A stretch of 64,000 nt of DNA from assembly GCA_964562615.1 (NCBI GenBank), contig CAZLUD010000001.1, positions 129,072-193,071 on the forward strand, given 5' to 3'. How positions within the stretch are numbered: the first letter of the stretch is position 1; the number at the start of each line of letters is the position of its first letter. Positions 48,513 through 59,093 of this stretch are shown piece by piece. The notes beneath the pieces were generated by a model. It did not search any database. It had not been told where the DNA came from and was given only the letters and a program-made list of their open reading frames with translations. This DNA comes from an uncultured Candidatus Saccharibacteria bacterium (lineage in GTDB: Bacteria > Patescibacteriota > Minisyncoccia > Phycocordibacterales > UBA12088). The position numbers were made by a program, and so were the translations under genes.

Positions 48513-49673
48513 ATGCAATCGCAACGCTCATTTGTGCGAAATATATACGCGCTTGATTTTTTGCTATTCTTCCATTTATTTCTTGTCTTGTACGTTAATT
48601 CAAGCATTCTCTCAAATCACTTTGGCGCACAAGCAGTAAGTGCCATCTTTTTTGTTGGATCGTTTTTTGCATTTCTTGCAATTACGTATTTACCTAGGTT
48701 ACTTAAAGAGCATGGGCTTATTAAAGTCATGCTGACATTATCAGTTATCGAAACCGCCCTCTTTGTCGGACTTGGAACCATTTCCTACGGAGTCGTTATT
48801 GTACTCTTTTTTATTGCCACGCAGATGACCTACATCACCCTTACGTATGGTCTCGATATACTCCTTGAAAAGGCAATAAGTAAGGAAGGTTCCACTGGAC
48901 ACGTAAGGGGTATATTTCTCACCATTGTAAACACCGCGCTTATACTCTGCCCATTACTCGTAGGATACTTGGTAGAAACACACGACTACTCATTTGTGTA
49001 CATACTCTCAAGTCTCATCATGATACCTATCGCGCTTATCATCGGATTAGGATTTAAAGGATTTAGTGATCCTAAGTATCACTCATTCTCAATCATAGAT
49101 ACCTACAAAAAAATTTTTCATGTTGATGCGCTGAGGACAGTATACCTAGCACAATTTGTACTTCGTATATTTTATGGGTTTATGGTTATTTACTCACCTC
49201 TATTTCTTCGCTTTGAACTTGGTTTTTCGTGGAGCGAAATTGGTATACTGCTTAGTCTTGCCATACTACCGTTTGTACTATTTGAATATTCGATAGGAAA
49301 AATCGCCGACTCCTATCTTGGAGAAAAAGAAATGATGGTACTTGGTTATGTCATCATGATACTTGCGGTAAGTGTATTCTTCTTTGCAACAAGTACTAGT
49401 CTTATATTTTGGGGTATCCTTTTCTTTATCTCACGCACTGGAGCAAGTTTGGTAGAAGTTACTACCGAAAGCTATTTCTTTAAACATGTTGATGCCTATG
49501 ACGCATCACTCATCAGTGTATTTAGAGCGCTCCACCCTCTCTCAGGTATGGTAGCGCCTCTTATTGCGGGCATGGTACTACTTGTTGCAGGACTTCAATA
49601 CGTCTTTCTTGCGCTTGTCGTTATACTATTGTTTGGACTTGCACTATCACTCAGACTCACTGACACACGCTAA
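48513..49673 (+). CDS. MFS transporter
   Basis: 12 predicted TM helices and MFS-like loop motifs. Confidence 0.7.
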   Translation: MQSQRSFVRNIYALDFLLFFHLFLVLYVNSSILSNHFGAQAVSAIFFVGSFFAFLAITYLPRLLKEHGLIKVMLTLSVIETALFVGLGTISYGVVIVLFFIATQMTYITLTYGLDILLEKAISKEGSTGHVRGIFLTIVNTALILCPLLVGYLVETHDYSFVYILSSLIMIPIALIIGLGFKGFSDPKYHSFSIIDTYKKIFHVDALRTVYLAQFVLRIFYGFMVIYSPLFLRFELGFSWSEIGILLSLAILPFVLFEYSIGKIADSYLGEKEMMVLGYVIMILAVSVFFFATSTSLIFWGILFFISRTGASLVEVTTESYFFKHVDAYDASLISVFRALHPLSGMVAPLIAGMVLLVAGLQYVFLALVVILLFGLALSLRLTDTR

Positions 49674-50561
49674 CTACGATGTTGCTACTAGGTAGCGAGC
49701 ACCTTTTTTGGTTACCAATCCATCACGCACGAGAGAGTGTAACGCTTTTTCAACACTGCTCTTTTCTTTTTTTATTTTATTTGAAAGCGTCGATAGTGTG
49801 TGAGTTGATGTTGTGAGCTCTTTTATTATTGCTCCCCTCGTTTGTCTGGTTGATCCCTTAAATACTGACTGAGCTTTATAGTGATGACTACGCGCCACGT
49901 GGTTACTGCCACTTTTCTTAAGATATGCTCCGTAATCCATAAGTGCGTATCCCCATTCTCTTGCATCCATTCCAATACCTTCAGCAACCTTCCATAATGC
50001 GTGAGCAGTTGCTAGTAATTCTTTTTCTGACACCTTCTCTACCCCCTCATAAAAAAAGTGAATAAGGACTGTACGAATATTTGTTTCCAACAATACACTA
50101 GGTTGATTATAGGCAAACGAAAGTACTGCGCCTGCAGTATAGGTACCGATACCAGGAAGTGCCGTGAGCGCCTCTATGGTAGTTGGCACCTTTCCACGAT
50201 GGCGTGACATAATCAACCTTGCACTTTCGAGTAGATATTTTGCCCTGCGGTTATACCCAAGTCCTTGCCACAAAAGAAGCACCTCACTAAGGGTTGCCTG
50301 TGATAATGCTGCTACCGTAGGAAACCGTTTACACCACGCATGATAATACGGAATAACTCGATCTACCTGTGTCTGTTGCAGCATCAATTCTGATACCAAA
50401 ATTGCGTACGGGCTTACTTTTTTATGGCGAACGCCACCCGCCCTCCACGGAAACTCACGCCGATTGGTGGCGTAATAGTTGTTGATAACTTTTACAACCC
50501 GCTTATAATCACTCGTGATGCTTCTCCTCATGCAAAATAACAGTGTGATGCTCTCCTTCAA
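49674..50561 (-). CDS. HhH-GPD DNA glycosylase (MutY/Nth-like, no Fe-S Cys cluster) with C-terminal winged-helix-like tail
   Basis: LWQGLGYNRRAKYLL and LPGIGTYTAGAVLSFAYN (HhH-GPD). No CX6CX2CX5C. Confidence 0.7.
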   Translation of the reverse strand: MKESITLLFCMRRSITSDYKRVVKVINNYYATNRREFPWRAGGVRHKKVSPYAILVSELMLQQTQVDRVIPYYHAWCKRFPTVAALSQATLSEVLLLWQGLGYNRRAKYLLESARLIMSRHRGKVPTTIEALTALPGIGTYTAGAVLSFAYNQPSVLLETNIRTVLIHFFYEGVEKVSEKELLATAHALWKVAEGIGMDAREWGYALMDYGAYLKKSGSNHVARSHHYKAQSVFKGSTRQTRGAIIKELTTSTHTLSTLSNKIKKEKSSVEKALHSLVRDGLVTKKGARYLVATS

Positions 50562-50781
50562 GCGGTATCACAAACATGGCAATAATATAGGCAAGTACAC
50601 AAGGCACGATAGCTGTCGCGATAAGCAAAATGATGAATACGATTCTAAGGAGGACTGGGTCAATAGAAAAATACTCCCCCGCGCCACCAAAAACCCCCGC
50701 TATCACACGATTGTTTCTACTTCTATAGAGCTGTTTGTATGGTGCATGCATATACGTGATGATTGTAGCATAAAACAACAA
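50509..50781 (-). CDS. PspC-domain membrane protein
   Basis: YRSRNNRVIAGVFGGAGEYFSIDPVLLRIVFIIL is the PspC domain consensus. Confidence 0.6.
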   Translation of the reverse strand: MLFYATIITYMHAPYKQLYRSRNNRVIAGVFGGAGEYFSIDPVLLRIVFIILLIATAIVPCVLAYIIAMFVIPLEGEHHTVILHEEKHHE

Positions 50782-50967
50782 AAGCGCTTCTGGTGAACCT
50801 GAGCGCTTTTGTCGGTAGACAAAAGCAAAAAAACGGCAACGCCGAATTGTTTTTTATCTACACCATATGTAATCCCTCTCCACAAGGGATGTAGCTCTCG
50901 CTACCTAAAAAAGATCATACCCTTACCTAGTATATCAATCCGTTAAAAAAATAACAGTGGATAAATA

Positions 50968-51654
50968 CTACAAATGATAAATAACATCCTTTCTTTCAAC
51001 AACTACCTTCCAGCTATTTCTACGCGCGTGGCGATATAGCTCTTTATTAGGATTAAAGCATATTGGCGTCTCCACCAACTCAAGAAATGATATGTCGGAC
51101 TCGGTGTCTCCTATCCCATAGGATCCTTCAAGGGTAAGATTATCTTTTTCTATTGCGCGCTTCACTATATTGGCTTTATTAGCAATCAGGTGTAAGTCCT
51201 GCACTTCACCAGTAAAGCGATTTTCAGGACCAATCGGATACATGCGTCCGTACACCTTATCAAAGCCTAGATTTTTGCAAAAACCTTCCAAAATTGTTTT
51301 TGGTGATTGTGATACGGCAAGTAAAAAATATCTCTGCGCTTTAAGTGATTGCAATAAGTCCCGTGTATATTTGTATACGCGGTTATGATGGTACGCCACC
51401 ACCTCTTCTGCCACTGATGCAAAATCAGCATAATGCACCCCTTTAAGGTGGGTCATAAATGACGCCACGATAGTATTGAGGTATGCATCATATTCACCAG
51501 TTCGCTCTAACCACGCGGTTTTCTCGTGTTCGTAATCTCTCACCATCTCCGCAGGAAAAATCCCCTCTCTAATGAGAGCATCGACAAGCTCAGTAAACAG
51601 AGATGATCTAAATACCGTTCCGTCAATATCAAATATAGCCACCGATCGCTTCAT
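50968..51654 (-). CDS. HAD-superfamily hydrolase (subfamily IB-like)
   Basis: AIFDIDGTV (DxDGT motif I) and a later GDTESD motif. Confidence 0.75.
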   Translation of the reverse strand: MKRSVAIFDIDGTVFRSSLFTELVDALIREGIFPAEMVRDYEHEKTAWLERTGEYDAYLNTIVASFMTHLKGVHYADFASVAEEVVAYHHNRVYKYTRDLLQSLKAQRYFLLAVSQSPKTILEGFCKNLGFDKVYGRMYPIGPENRFTGEVQDLHLIANKANIVKRAIEKDNLTLEGSYGIGDTESDISFLELVETPICFNPNKELYRHARRNSWKVVVERKDVIYHL

Positions 51655-51686
51655 TAAGTGAAGTATACACCAAATATGCACATATA

Positions 51687-52385
51687 TCAGCGTACCGTAC
51701 GAGTAGGCTTCGTGAGGCAATCCTTAAGCCTAAAACGATTGCCAGCGTCGGGATATATCAAAACAAGTGGGTCTTTTGACACATCGTACACCCTCGCAGG
51801 TGCTATCTCTCTTCCATACCTAATAACAAGGTAGGTAAATGTAAACCACTCTTTTTTAGGAAGAAGCTTCATGAGATCACTCTCTATGCGCACTGGATCA
51901 TGGGGGTAATCAGTAAGATCAAACCGTGCCGCAAAACGTTGTACATGGGTATCAACCGCAATGCCACCACTCTCTCCATGAAGATTACTCAATACCACAT
52001 TGGCTGTTTTTCTTCCTACCCCAGGAATGGTAAGCATGTCAGATATAGTCGTAGGGAGAACGCCATTAAACGCAGTGAGTATGGTATGTGCAGCACCTCG
52101 TATGTGCTTTGTTTTGTTTTTATAGAATCCTGTTTGAAATATATCTCGCTCAAACTCTGAAGGTACCGCCTTCGCATACGAGGCAATGGTGGGGTACTTT
52201 ATAAATAACCGTTCTGTTACCTCATTAACCTTTTTATCAGTGCATTGTGCTGAAAGAATAACAGCAACTAAGAGCTCCCACTCGGTCGTATACCTAAGCA
52301 TCGTACCTTTTGGTTCAGGAAATATTTTTTTTAGCGCAGCAAGAAGCTGTAGTGCGCGCGTGCCTCTTGCTGTGTTTTTTGGCAT
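51687..52385 (-). CDS. nth: endonuclease III-like HhH-GPD glycosylase (no Fe-S cluster)
   Basis: LPGVGRKTANVVLSNLHG ... GIAVDTHVQRFAARF matches the Nth HhH-GPD core; catalytic Lys position present. Confidence 0.75.
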   Translation of the reverse strand: MPKNTARGTRALQLLAALKKIFPEPKGTMLRYTTEWELLVAVILSAQCTDKKVNEVTERLFIKYPTIASYAKAVPSEFERDIFQTGFYKNKTKHIRGAAHTILTAFNGVLPTTISDMLTIPGVGRKTANVVLSNLHGESGGIAVDTHVQRFAARFDLTDYPHDPVRIESDLMKLLPKKEWFTFTYLVIRYGREIAPARVYDVSKDPLVLIYPDAGNRFRLKDCLTKPTRTVR

Positions 52386-52386
52386 G

Positions 52387-53523
52387 CTACCTATTTACCC
52401 ACAGATGTCGGTATGCCATTTGCGCAAGCACGCCAACTGCTGCCATAAAGAAGACAGTACCGATTATCCACCCTACAATTGGTATGATACTTGCCACAGA
52501 GAGGGTGAGTACACCAATAAACACCCACGAGAGATTAGTTTGTTGCCTTTTTGTAAATGCTTTTGCGAGCATTGCACCACAAAGAATACCTGAGTACACC
52601 ATACCAAGAAGAATAAGAATGCCGTAAAGCGCAAGCATGATACAAGCAATAATCCATCCAAAAAACGTAACGAAAGTGAAGAGAATTGCTAGTGGAGTAA
52701 GCAATACTGCCGCCGATCCAATGAGGGCACTTTTAAAGAATGAGTGAACAGCTGCATCTGCTACATCCTTGCTAAAGTCCTTAAACAAGTACACCGCAAG
52801 TAACGCCGTGACAAGCATGGCAAGCACCTTTGATACCACAAACAATCCCGCAAGGGCGAGCATACCCTTTGCAACACCCATGCGCACCTCATCTCGAGCT
52901 GATTGTGTCTTTATTACCTCACCTACCACGACTGATCCCTCTTTGATGGTTATCTGCGCATGATATGGGTACGAAAGTGAACCCTGTATAACGGCTCCTT
53001 CTTCAATAACAATGTAATCAGCAGATATTTTTACATCACCGTTTGCAGTACCGCTAAACACCACTCGCTCACCACTTAGTCGAAGGGTCTTTTCTGCTGT
53101 ACCCGCAAATGATACTTCACCTCCTGCAAGAATGGTGTCTCCTTTAGTAACTGCATCAGAGAGAACACGCACAGAACCCCCAACTGCGAGCAGGTCACCG
53201 CCTATGTCAGTATTTACTGTTATCTCACCACCAGTGATACGCGCATCCTCCATTACTGACCCAAGAACATCAACTGATCCACCAGCAATAGACGCGTCAT
53301 TTGAGACCATACCCGAGAGAAGCACGCGGCCACCCATAGCATAAACGTCTCCAAGCACATCACCAGAGAGCACGGCATCCCCTGCCGCTACGTAAAGATT
53401 TTCAGGAGTAACTGAATCCTTTGGGAGAGAATATTGTTCTCCCGCTTTAAACAAGGCAGCATGCGCGACACCCGTAGAAACCAGCATCGCGAGTAAACAA
53501 AAAGAAAAAATGTGCTTGTGCAT
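52387..53523 (-). CDS. membrane protein with extracytoplasmic beta-helix-like repeat domain (DUF4097/bactofilin-like) and C-terminal TM bundle
   Basis: Signal peptide. Repeated G.V.V.GDV..GG.V.V.G pattern. 4 C-terminal TM helices. Confidence 0.45.
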   Translation of the reverse strand: MHKHIFSFCLLAMLVSTGVAHAALFKAGEQYSLPKDSVTPENLYVAAGDAVLSGDVLGDVYAMGGRVLLSGMVSNDASIAGGSVDVLGSVMEDARITGGEITVNTDIGGDLLAVGGSVRVLSDAVTKGDTILAGGEVSFAGTAEKTLRLSGERVVFSGTANGDVKISADYIVIEEGAVIQGSLSYPYHAQITIKEGSVVVGEVIKTQSARDEVRMGVAKGMLALAGLFVVSKVLAMLVTALLAVYLFKDFSKDVADAAVHSFFKSALIGSAAVLLTPLAILFTFVTFFGWIIACIMLALYGILILLGMVYSGILCGAMLAKAFTKRQQTNLSWVFIGVLTLSVASIIPIVGWIIGTVFFMAAVGVLAQMAYRHLWVNR

Positions 53524-53603
53524 ATAATGTATAAATAGTAATACCTACGTGTAGCTATAGTGTGCCAAATATACACCCAAAGAGCAATCAAGATGTGTAC
53601 CTA

Positions 53604-54242
53604 TTATGGAGTAACTTCAAACCACCCAAACGGCATCTTGCATGGCGAGGTAAATGTTCGCCATTCACCGGTAACTGATTGTTCACCAACCATCTCTCGT
53701 GGTGTGCACAGAGAGACAATCTTACCCTCAACCTCTTTAGCAATAAGATACAATGCGCCTTCCTCAAGCACATAATAATCAGTGGCAACTTGCCTACCCT
53801 GAAGTCGTGTTAGCGAGTAATCATTTGTTGGATTAACGATCAGCAAATTACTATCTTTTGCGTAGGCAACACCTTCTTCAGAAAGCAGGTTGTACACTAC
53901 AATCGCCCCATCTGTAGCATCAACAATGGCTAGACCTTCACAACTTGTACCGCATCCCCACGAGGCAAGCACGTAGTGACCAGCAAAATTGACCCCCTTT
54001 TCCATAGCACTAGTAATAGCAGTACGAAAGGTTGCTGCGTCTTTATTTGATTCAAAGTTAACTGGAGCTACCACGCCACCATAGACAGAATCGGTCGGAT
54101 ACTGTGAAAAAGAAAGTTCATGTGATGATAACGTGATGAGATTTTCACCGTCATTATGCTGATATATATAGGTAAGCAGTGTAAGTATGCCTGCAAGTAC
54201 CACACATATAGTCACATTTCTCAGTGTGAAAAATGTCCTCAT
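53604..54242 (-). CDS. hypothetical secreted/membrane-anchored protein
   Basis: N-terminal TM/signal; no motif. Confidence 0.35.
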   Translation of the reverse strand: MRTFFTLRNVTICVVLAGILTLLTYIYQHNDGENLITLSSHELSFSQYPTDSVYGGVVAPVNFESNKDAATFRTAITSAMEKGVNFAGHYVLASWGCGTSCEGLAIVDATDGAIVVYNLLSEEGVAYAKDSNLLIVNPTNDYSLTRLQGRQVATDYYVLEEGALYLIAKEVEGKIVSLCTPREMVGEQSVTGEWRTFTSPCKMPFGWFEVTP

Positions 54243-54243
54243 A

Positions 54244-55248
54244 TTACTTTTCTAGTGAGGCGGTGTATTGCCCATCTCGTGCAAGTATATTCATACGCAA
54301 TCGATGAATAAATTTTCTTTGGGCATCCTCTCTATGTGCCTCATCACCTTTCCATGCATCTAGTGCAACATCTTGGAGTGCGCGCGAATATGAAAACGTC
54401 ATTGGCCACGGATGCGGACCGATGAGCGCCATTTCATTAAGATGCTCTGTCGCCATGAGTGCTGATTGCCCTCCTGAAAGAAAAACTACCCCACCTACGC
54501 CATGAGGGACACAATCCTTAAGTACAGCAACGGTTCGTGCTGCAACCTCTTTATAACTGACTGATGCGCCACTATCCTTCCCTGGTAGGACCATGCTGGT
54601 TTTAAGAATGGTAGCCCCAAGGTCCACCTCCGCAACAACAAGCTCTTTATAGAGCGCAGTAAGCACTCTGCGCATTGCTGCCTCACATTCATCTATATGA
54701 TGAGCTCCTTCATAAAGAACCTCAGGTTCAAGGATGGGGACAATGCCCGCCTCTATACAATTGATAGCATATACAGATAATGCCTTTGTATCTATGGTTA
54801 TATCAGCATCCGTAGGAAGACCGTTCCCTACAGAAAAAACTGCTCGCCACTTTGCAAATGATGCACCATATTTTTTATACTCCAAAAGCCGTTGATCAAG
54901 ACCACTTAATCCGTCAGTGTATTGCTCTCCTGGTGTCTCAGGATTATCAAGTAACCCTTGATCAACCTTTATGCCAACATGTATTCCTTTGTGCTTAAGA
55001 TGCTGCGGAAAGGTATCACCGGCAAGGGTGGATTGGCGCAGTGTTTCTTCATACAAAATCACCCCGCTTATGTAGTGCTCGATATGTGGCGTGGTCAATA
55101 GGAGGTCTCGATAAGCCCGGCGCATCTCACTACTTTCAGTAATACCTCGCGCGTGTAAGCGCGCATTCATTGATTTATTACTTTCATCTGCCGCAAGGAT
55201 ACCTTTGCCTTCTTGCATAAGAAAAGAGACGGTCTCGTGTATATTCAT
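54244..55248 (-). CDS. fba: fructose-bisphosphate aldolase class I
   Basis: GKGILAADESNKSMNARL ... class I FBA N-terminus with Schiff-base Lys region. Confidence 0.85.
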   Translation of the reverse strand: MNIHETVSFLMQEGKGILAADESNKSMNARLHARGITESSEMRRAYRDLLLTTPHIEHYISGVILYEETLRQSTLAGDTFPQHLKHKGIHVGIKVDQGLLDNPETPGEQYTDGLSGLDQRLLEYKKYGASFAKWRAVFSVGNGLPTDADITIDTKALSVYAINCIEAGIVPILEPEVLYEGAHHIDECEAAMRRVLTALYKELVVAEVDLGATILKTSMVLPGKDSGASVSYKEVAARTVAVLKDCVPHGVGGVVFLSGGQSALMATEHLNEMALIGPHPWPMTFSYSRALQDVALDAWKGDEAHREDAQRKFIHRLRMNILARDGQYTASLEK

Positions 55249-55262
55249 ACCTGTATTGTATA

Positions 55263-57806
55263 TTACTTTGTATCTTGATGCGTCATATAAATCGATCGGT
55301 ACGGATTAGTTTCTACTGCCGTTGCATGAAGTAGCTCAATCTGCGATCTGATCGTAGCCATTATTTCATCATCAGTCTCAGTAGTAAACCTAAGTGGGGC
55401 GCCAATAACTACCGACACTACCCCTTGGCGTGGGATGATTTCATTCTTTTTTAATATGTACGAAAGCCCATAATGAGCAATCGGAACGACTGGCACCTTC
55501 AGTGCGCGAATAAGATGCGCGGTTCCTCGCATAAACGGAAGCATAGCAGCATCATCACCTCGTCTACCCTCAGGAAACATAAGTAGTGATTCTCCACCAT
55601 CTACCACACGACCAGCGTATTGCAGCGATTTTGAAAACCCATCTTGTTGACGCAACAGAAACGCCCCTGCTCCAAATCGCACAAGCAAAAGAATACCTCG
55701 ATACCACATACGCATATACACTGACGCCTGCGGTCGGTGGTAATAGGTATCTGCAGTAGGAGTCGCAAGAAGATATCGATATCTATATGGTAGCGCTCGT
55801 ATGATAACCGAATGATCAGCACTGCTTACATGATTGGTAACAATCATGATAGGTTCCCTTGTAGTAGGAATATGCGCTCTCCCTACAACCTTTAGTGTTA
55901 TAAAGCACGCACTTATCGCGCTTTCAAGTAATGATAAAAGCACGCGAAGCGCTCTACCCATTGGAGTATGGATACCACGAAACCCTACCGCTCTGTGTGT
56001 AGTCTTTTTTCTTTCTTGTATATACCTCTCTATATCAGCAACAGTGGTATGTGAGGTTATCATTTCTTCTGCTAACTCGTAGTTATATTCACGAGCAATT
56101 GCTGCAAGAAGTTCTACCCTTCCTAATGAATCAAGTCCCACCTCACTTATGAGTGTTTGCTGAGGGGCAATAGTAGAGGCGTCCTTACCAGTAACTGATG
56201 CGAGTAAATCGTACAATCTAGACTGTCGTGACGAGCTAGACGAGCCACCTGGGGTAGTGCTAGTAACAAACTTTTTTACCAATGTTCGTTTAGTTTTGAG
56301 AGTGGTCGTTTTAGGAAATTCACGCTCATGCCAAAGACTATATCCTTGTATACGCATCGCGCTTGACAGTACATCATTTGCTCGCTCAACCACATCCTTT
56401 GCATCAGTAGTACCGTCCGCAAGTATCACTACCGCATGTATTGCTTCACCATGTTCGCGCGGCACACCAACCACGCACGCCTCCTTTACTCGTGAATCTT
56501 CCAAGAGCACACGCTCTATATCATCAGGAAATATATTGATGCCTGATGAGGAAAGGATCATTTCTTTTACTCTGCCGCTTACAACAAGATTGCCGTCATC
56601 GTCCATATAGCCGATGTCGCCTGTTTTAAACCACCCATCGCTCGTAAAGGCATCACGGGTAGCCTGTTCATGGTGATAGTACCCGGCAAAGACATTAGGA
56701 CCTTGTACCTCTATTTCTCCTTCTTTTGAAAACCGAACCGACACGTGTGGAAATTCTTTACCAACCGTACCCCACGCTTTATTGGTCGGAGAGGTAGCCG
56801 CAATCACGGGAGATGTTTCAGTGAGTCCATATCCCTCGTATATGGATATACCAACATTTCTCCAGAATGTAGCAATAGAAGGTGACAGTGGCGCACCACC
56901 AGATACCATGTACTCAAAATGAGATCCAAATGCCTTATGGATTTTTCTAAACAACATCTTTTTAACAAATAACGGTGACGTACTCGCTCGCTCGCTAAGG
57001 CGCATAAGCGTGTCGTATGTACCCGCCTCTTTTGCTCTTGCTAGCACTCCTGCATACATCGCCTCGATAAGGCGTGGTACCACCAGCATGTGTGTTATCT
57101 TTTCTTTTTTAAGAAGCACAAACAATGCTGACGCAATAATTGCGCTTGGATATACAATTGTACCCCCCAGCAAAAGCGGCACCCACAACCCCCCTACCTG
57201 CTCAAACATATGTGACAGTGGAAGCGTAGAGAGAACACGAACCCTCTTTCCAAATGAAAAATGAGTTGCCGCACCGCAAACATTTGCAGTTACATTTTTG
57301 TGGGTAAGCATAACCCCTTTTGGGTCACCAGTGGTGCCAGAAGTGTACACAATGTACGCAAGATCACTTTCCTTACATACCGAAGCAGGAATACCGATAC
57401 ATGACTCGATACAATATAAAAAATCTTCGAGCACATAGGTGGGTACCCCTATGTTCAGTAATCGATACTTACTTTTAAGCACCAATCGCGCGTGCGCCCT
57501 GGTGACAATAACCTCTGCAGAAGTACTGGTTGCTTGTACATCTATAGGGACAACTACCGCACCGATCGATAGAGCACCAAGACTTGCAACTACCCACTCG
57601 ATACCATTTAATCCCCACACCACAATCGTGTCTCCTTTATGTACACCTTGCGCGACATACCATGCGCTCGCTTTTTGTATCAGCGTATGCAATGTGGCAT
57701 ACGTATATCGAAAGGTTCGATACCCGTTATGCACCACAATCGCTTCATCCATACGCGATGCGTGTAGCGAAAGTATGTCTACAAGCGTCTTTGGATTTTG
57801 ATACAT
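55263..57806 (-). CDS. tri-domain fusion: acyl-CoA/acyl-ACP synthetase (AMP-binding) - acyl carrier protein - 1-acylglycerol-3-phosphate acyltransferase (PlsC)
   Basis: YTSGTTGDPKGV (AMP-binding). GLDSLGRVELLAAIARE (ACP Ser-attachment DSL). NHVSSAD (HX4D acyltransferase) and FPEGRRG. Confidence 0.8.
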   Translation of the reverse strand: MYQNPKTLVDILSLHASRMDEAIVVHNGYRTFRYTYATLHTLIQKASAWYVAQGVHKGDTIVVWGLNGIEWVVASLGALSIGAVVVPIDVQATSTSAEVIVTRAHARLVLKSKYRLLNIGVPTYVLEDFLYCIESCIGIPASVCKESDLAYIVYTSGTTGDPKGVMLTHKNVTANVCGAATHFSFGKRVRVLSTLPLSHMFEQVGGLWVPLLLGGTIVYPSAIIASALFVLLKKEKITHMLVVPRLIEAMYAGVLARAKEAGTYDTLMRLSERASTSPLFVKKMLFRKIHKAFGSHFEYMVSGGAPLSPSIATFWRNVGISIYEGYGLTETSPVIAATSPTNKAWGTVGKEFPHVSVRFSKEGEIEVQGPNVFAGYYHHEQATRDAFTSDGWFKTGDIGYMDDDGNLVVSGRVKEMILSSSGINIFPDDIERVLLEDSRVKEACVVGVPREHGEAIHAVVILADGTTDAKDVVERANDVLSSAMRIQGYSLWHEREFPKTTTLKTKRTLVKKFVTSTTPGGSSSSSRQSRLYDLLASVTGKDASTIAPQQTLISEVGLDSLGRVELLAAIAREYNYELAEEMITSHTTVADIERYIQERKKTTHRAVGFRGIHTPMGRALRVLLSLLESAISACFITLKVVGRAHIPTTREPIMIVTNHVSSADHSVIIRALPYRYRYLLATPTADTYYHRPQASVYMRMWYRGILLLVRFGAGAFLLRQQDGFSKSLQYAGRVVDGGESLLMFPEGRRGDDAAMLPFMRGTAHLIRALKVPVVPIAHYGLSYILKKNEIIPRQGVVSVVIGAPLRFTTETDDEIMATIRSQIELLHATAVETNPYRSIYMTHQDTK

Positions 57807-57820
57807 ATACGAGTAGTGTG

Positions 57821-58132
57821 TTAAGTAAGTAATACTACCGCTGTGGCATATTCACCATCATGACTTATTGATACACTCGTAATCGTATCATCGCCCACTC
57901 GCAAAAAGGGCGCACCACTTTCTTCGTGGCAAACCTCAAGCAGTAACCAGTCAATCTTCTTACCTATCGCCTTACAATACGCCTCCTTAACGGCAAGGTA
58001 TCCACCGGCGCGCTTTGTATCATTATGTAATGACCGCATTTCAGCATCAGTAAATAGACGCGCGCACTCTTCAGTGCTTGAAAGTAAGCGTTCTACCCGA
58101 CGTATGCTGACTAAATCTATTCCTACCCGCAT
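57821..58132 (-). CDS. acpS: holo-ACP synthase (4'-phosphopantetheinyl transferase)
   Basis: MRVGIDLVSIRRVERL and AVKEAYCKAIG ... W.DIE pattern; 103 aa; immediately upstream of the ACP-containing fusion. Confidence 0.7.
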   Translation of the reverse strand: MRVGIDLVSIRRVERLLSSTEECARLFTDAEMRSLHNDTKRAGGYLAVKEAYCKAIGKKIDWLLLEVCHEESGAPFLRVGDDTITSVSISHDGEYATAVVLLT

Positions 58133-58173
58133 TGGTAGTAGTATACCAGAGCTGTGCTATGCTTTTTGACATG

Positions 58174-58620
58174 GCGATTATTCATAACAAAAAGGCATCA
58201 TTTAACTTCGAACTCTTGGAGAGATTCGAGGCTGGTATAGAGCTTTTTGGCCACGAAGTAAAGGCAATAAAAGCCGGAAAAGCACATCTTGAGGGCGCGC
58301 GGGTACTAGTACGAGGGGGTGAAGTATATCTTGTTGGCGCTACTATATTTGCCTACCAAGAAAGCAATAGCCCTAAAACGTATAATCCCATGCGCAACAG
58401 AAGACTGCTTCTCCATAAAAAAGAAATGCTCCAGATAGCAAGTGCGGAGGCCACCAAAGGGTTGACAATAGTGCCAATTTCGATGTATAATAAAGGTAGA
58501 AAATTGAAGCTTGAGATTGCTATTGCTCGCGGAAAAAAGTTGACAGATAAGCGAGAGACAATAAAGAAACGCGATACCAATAGAGATGTTGAACGCGAGA
58601 CTAAGTTCAAACTTAAATAG
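58174..58620 (+). CDS. smpB: SsrA-binding protein SmpB
   Basis: NKKASFNFELLERFEAGIELFGHEVKAIKAGKAHLEGARVLVRGGEVYLVGA aligns with the SmpB core. Basic C-terminal tail. Confidence 0.9.
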   Translation, partial: AIIHNKKASFNFELLERFEAGIELFGHEVKAIKAGKAHLEGARVLVRGGEVYLVGATIFAYQESNSPKTYNPMRNRRLLLHKKEMLQIASAEATKGLTIVPISMYNKGRKLKLEIAIARGKKLTDKRETIKKRDTNRDVERETKFKLK

Positions 58621-58710
58621 CATCATCTGTTTTTTGAAAACATAATACACACCACACCTACCACAAAAGGTGTCCTTCCCCGCCTTCACTTATATCAATG
58701 AGGTAAGACG

Positions 58711-59091
58711 GGGGATGATTGGCCTCGACAGTGAGTATGTGTTGCATAGTGTGCGAGTTCGTGTGAGGTGACACGGTAAAAACATCTCAACCAATACGTG
58801 CTACAAAACTTCGCACGGCAATTCTTTCACCTTTCCAGATGAAGGATTTTGCACTCGCTGTAGCCTAAGGCTCGCGACATCCTACAGAGTATTGTCTGAT
58901 AGCTTTGTAACGGTGTAATACCATCAGAACCGCAGAAAGGGTGCATCGCCTTATCTGTTAAATAATGATGCTATATGGTATCGGCTTTTGACGAATTTTC
59001 TATCGACACCACGAACCAACAAATTCGCCAAGACTTCGTAGACTCACTATGCACTCCTCTCTGGATGCGGGTTCGATTCCCGCCATCTCCA
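58711..59091 (+). ncRNA. ssrA: tmRNA (SsrA), standard one-piece
   Basis: 5' GGGGATGATTGGCCTCGACAG (tRNA-like half). Candidate tag ORF GCA-ATT ... GCACTCGCTGTAGCCTAA encodes AILSPFQMKDFALAVA-stop. 3' GGATGCGGGTTCGATTCCCGCCATCTCCA, whose acceptor pairs with the 5' GGGGATG. Confidence 0.8.
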
Positions 59092-59093
59092 CA

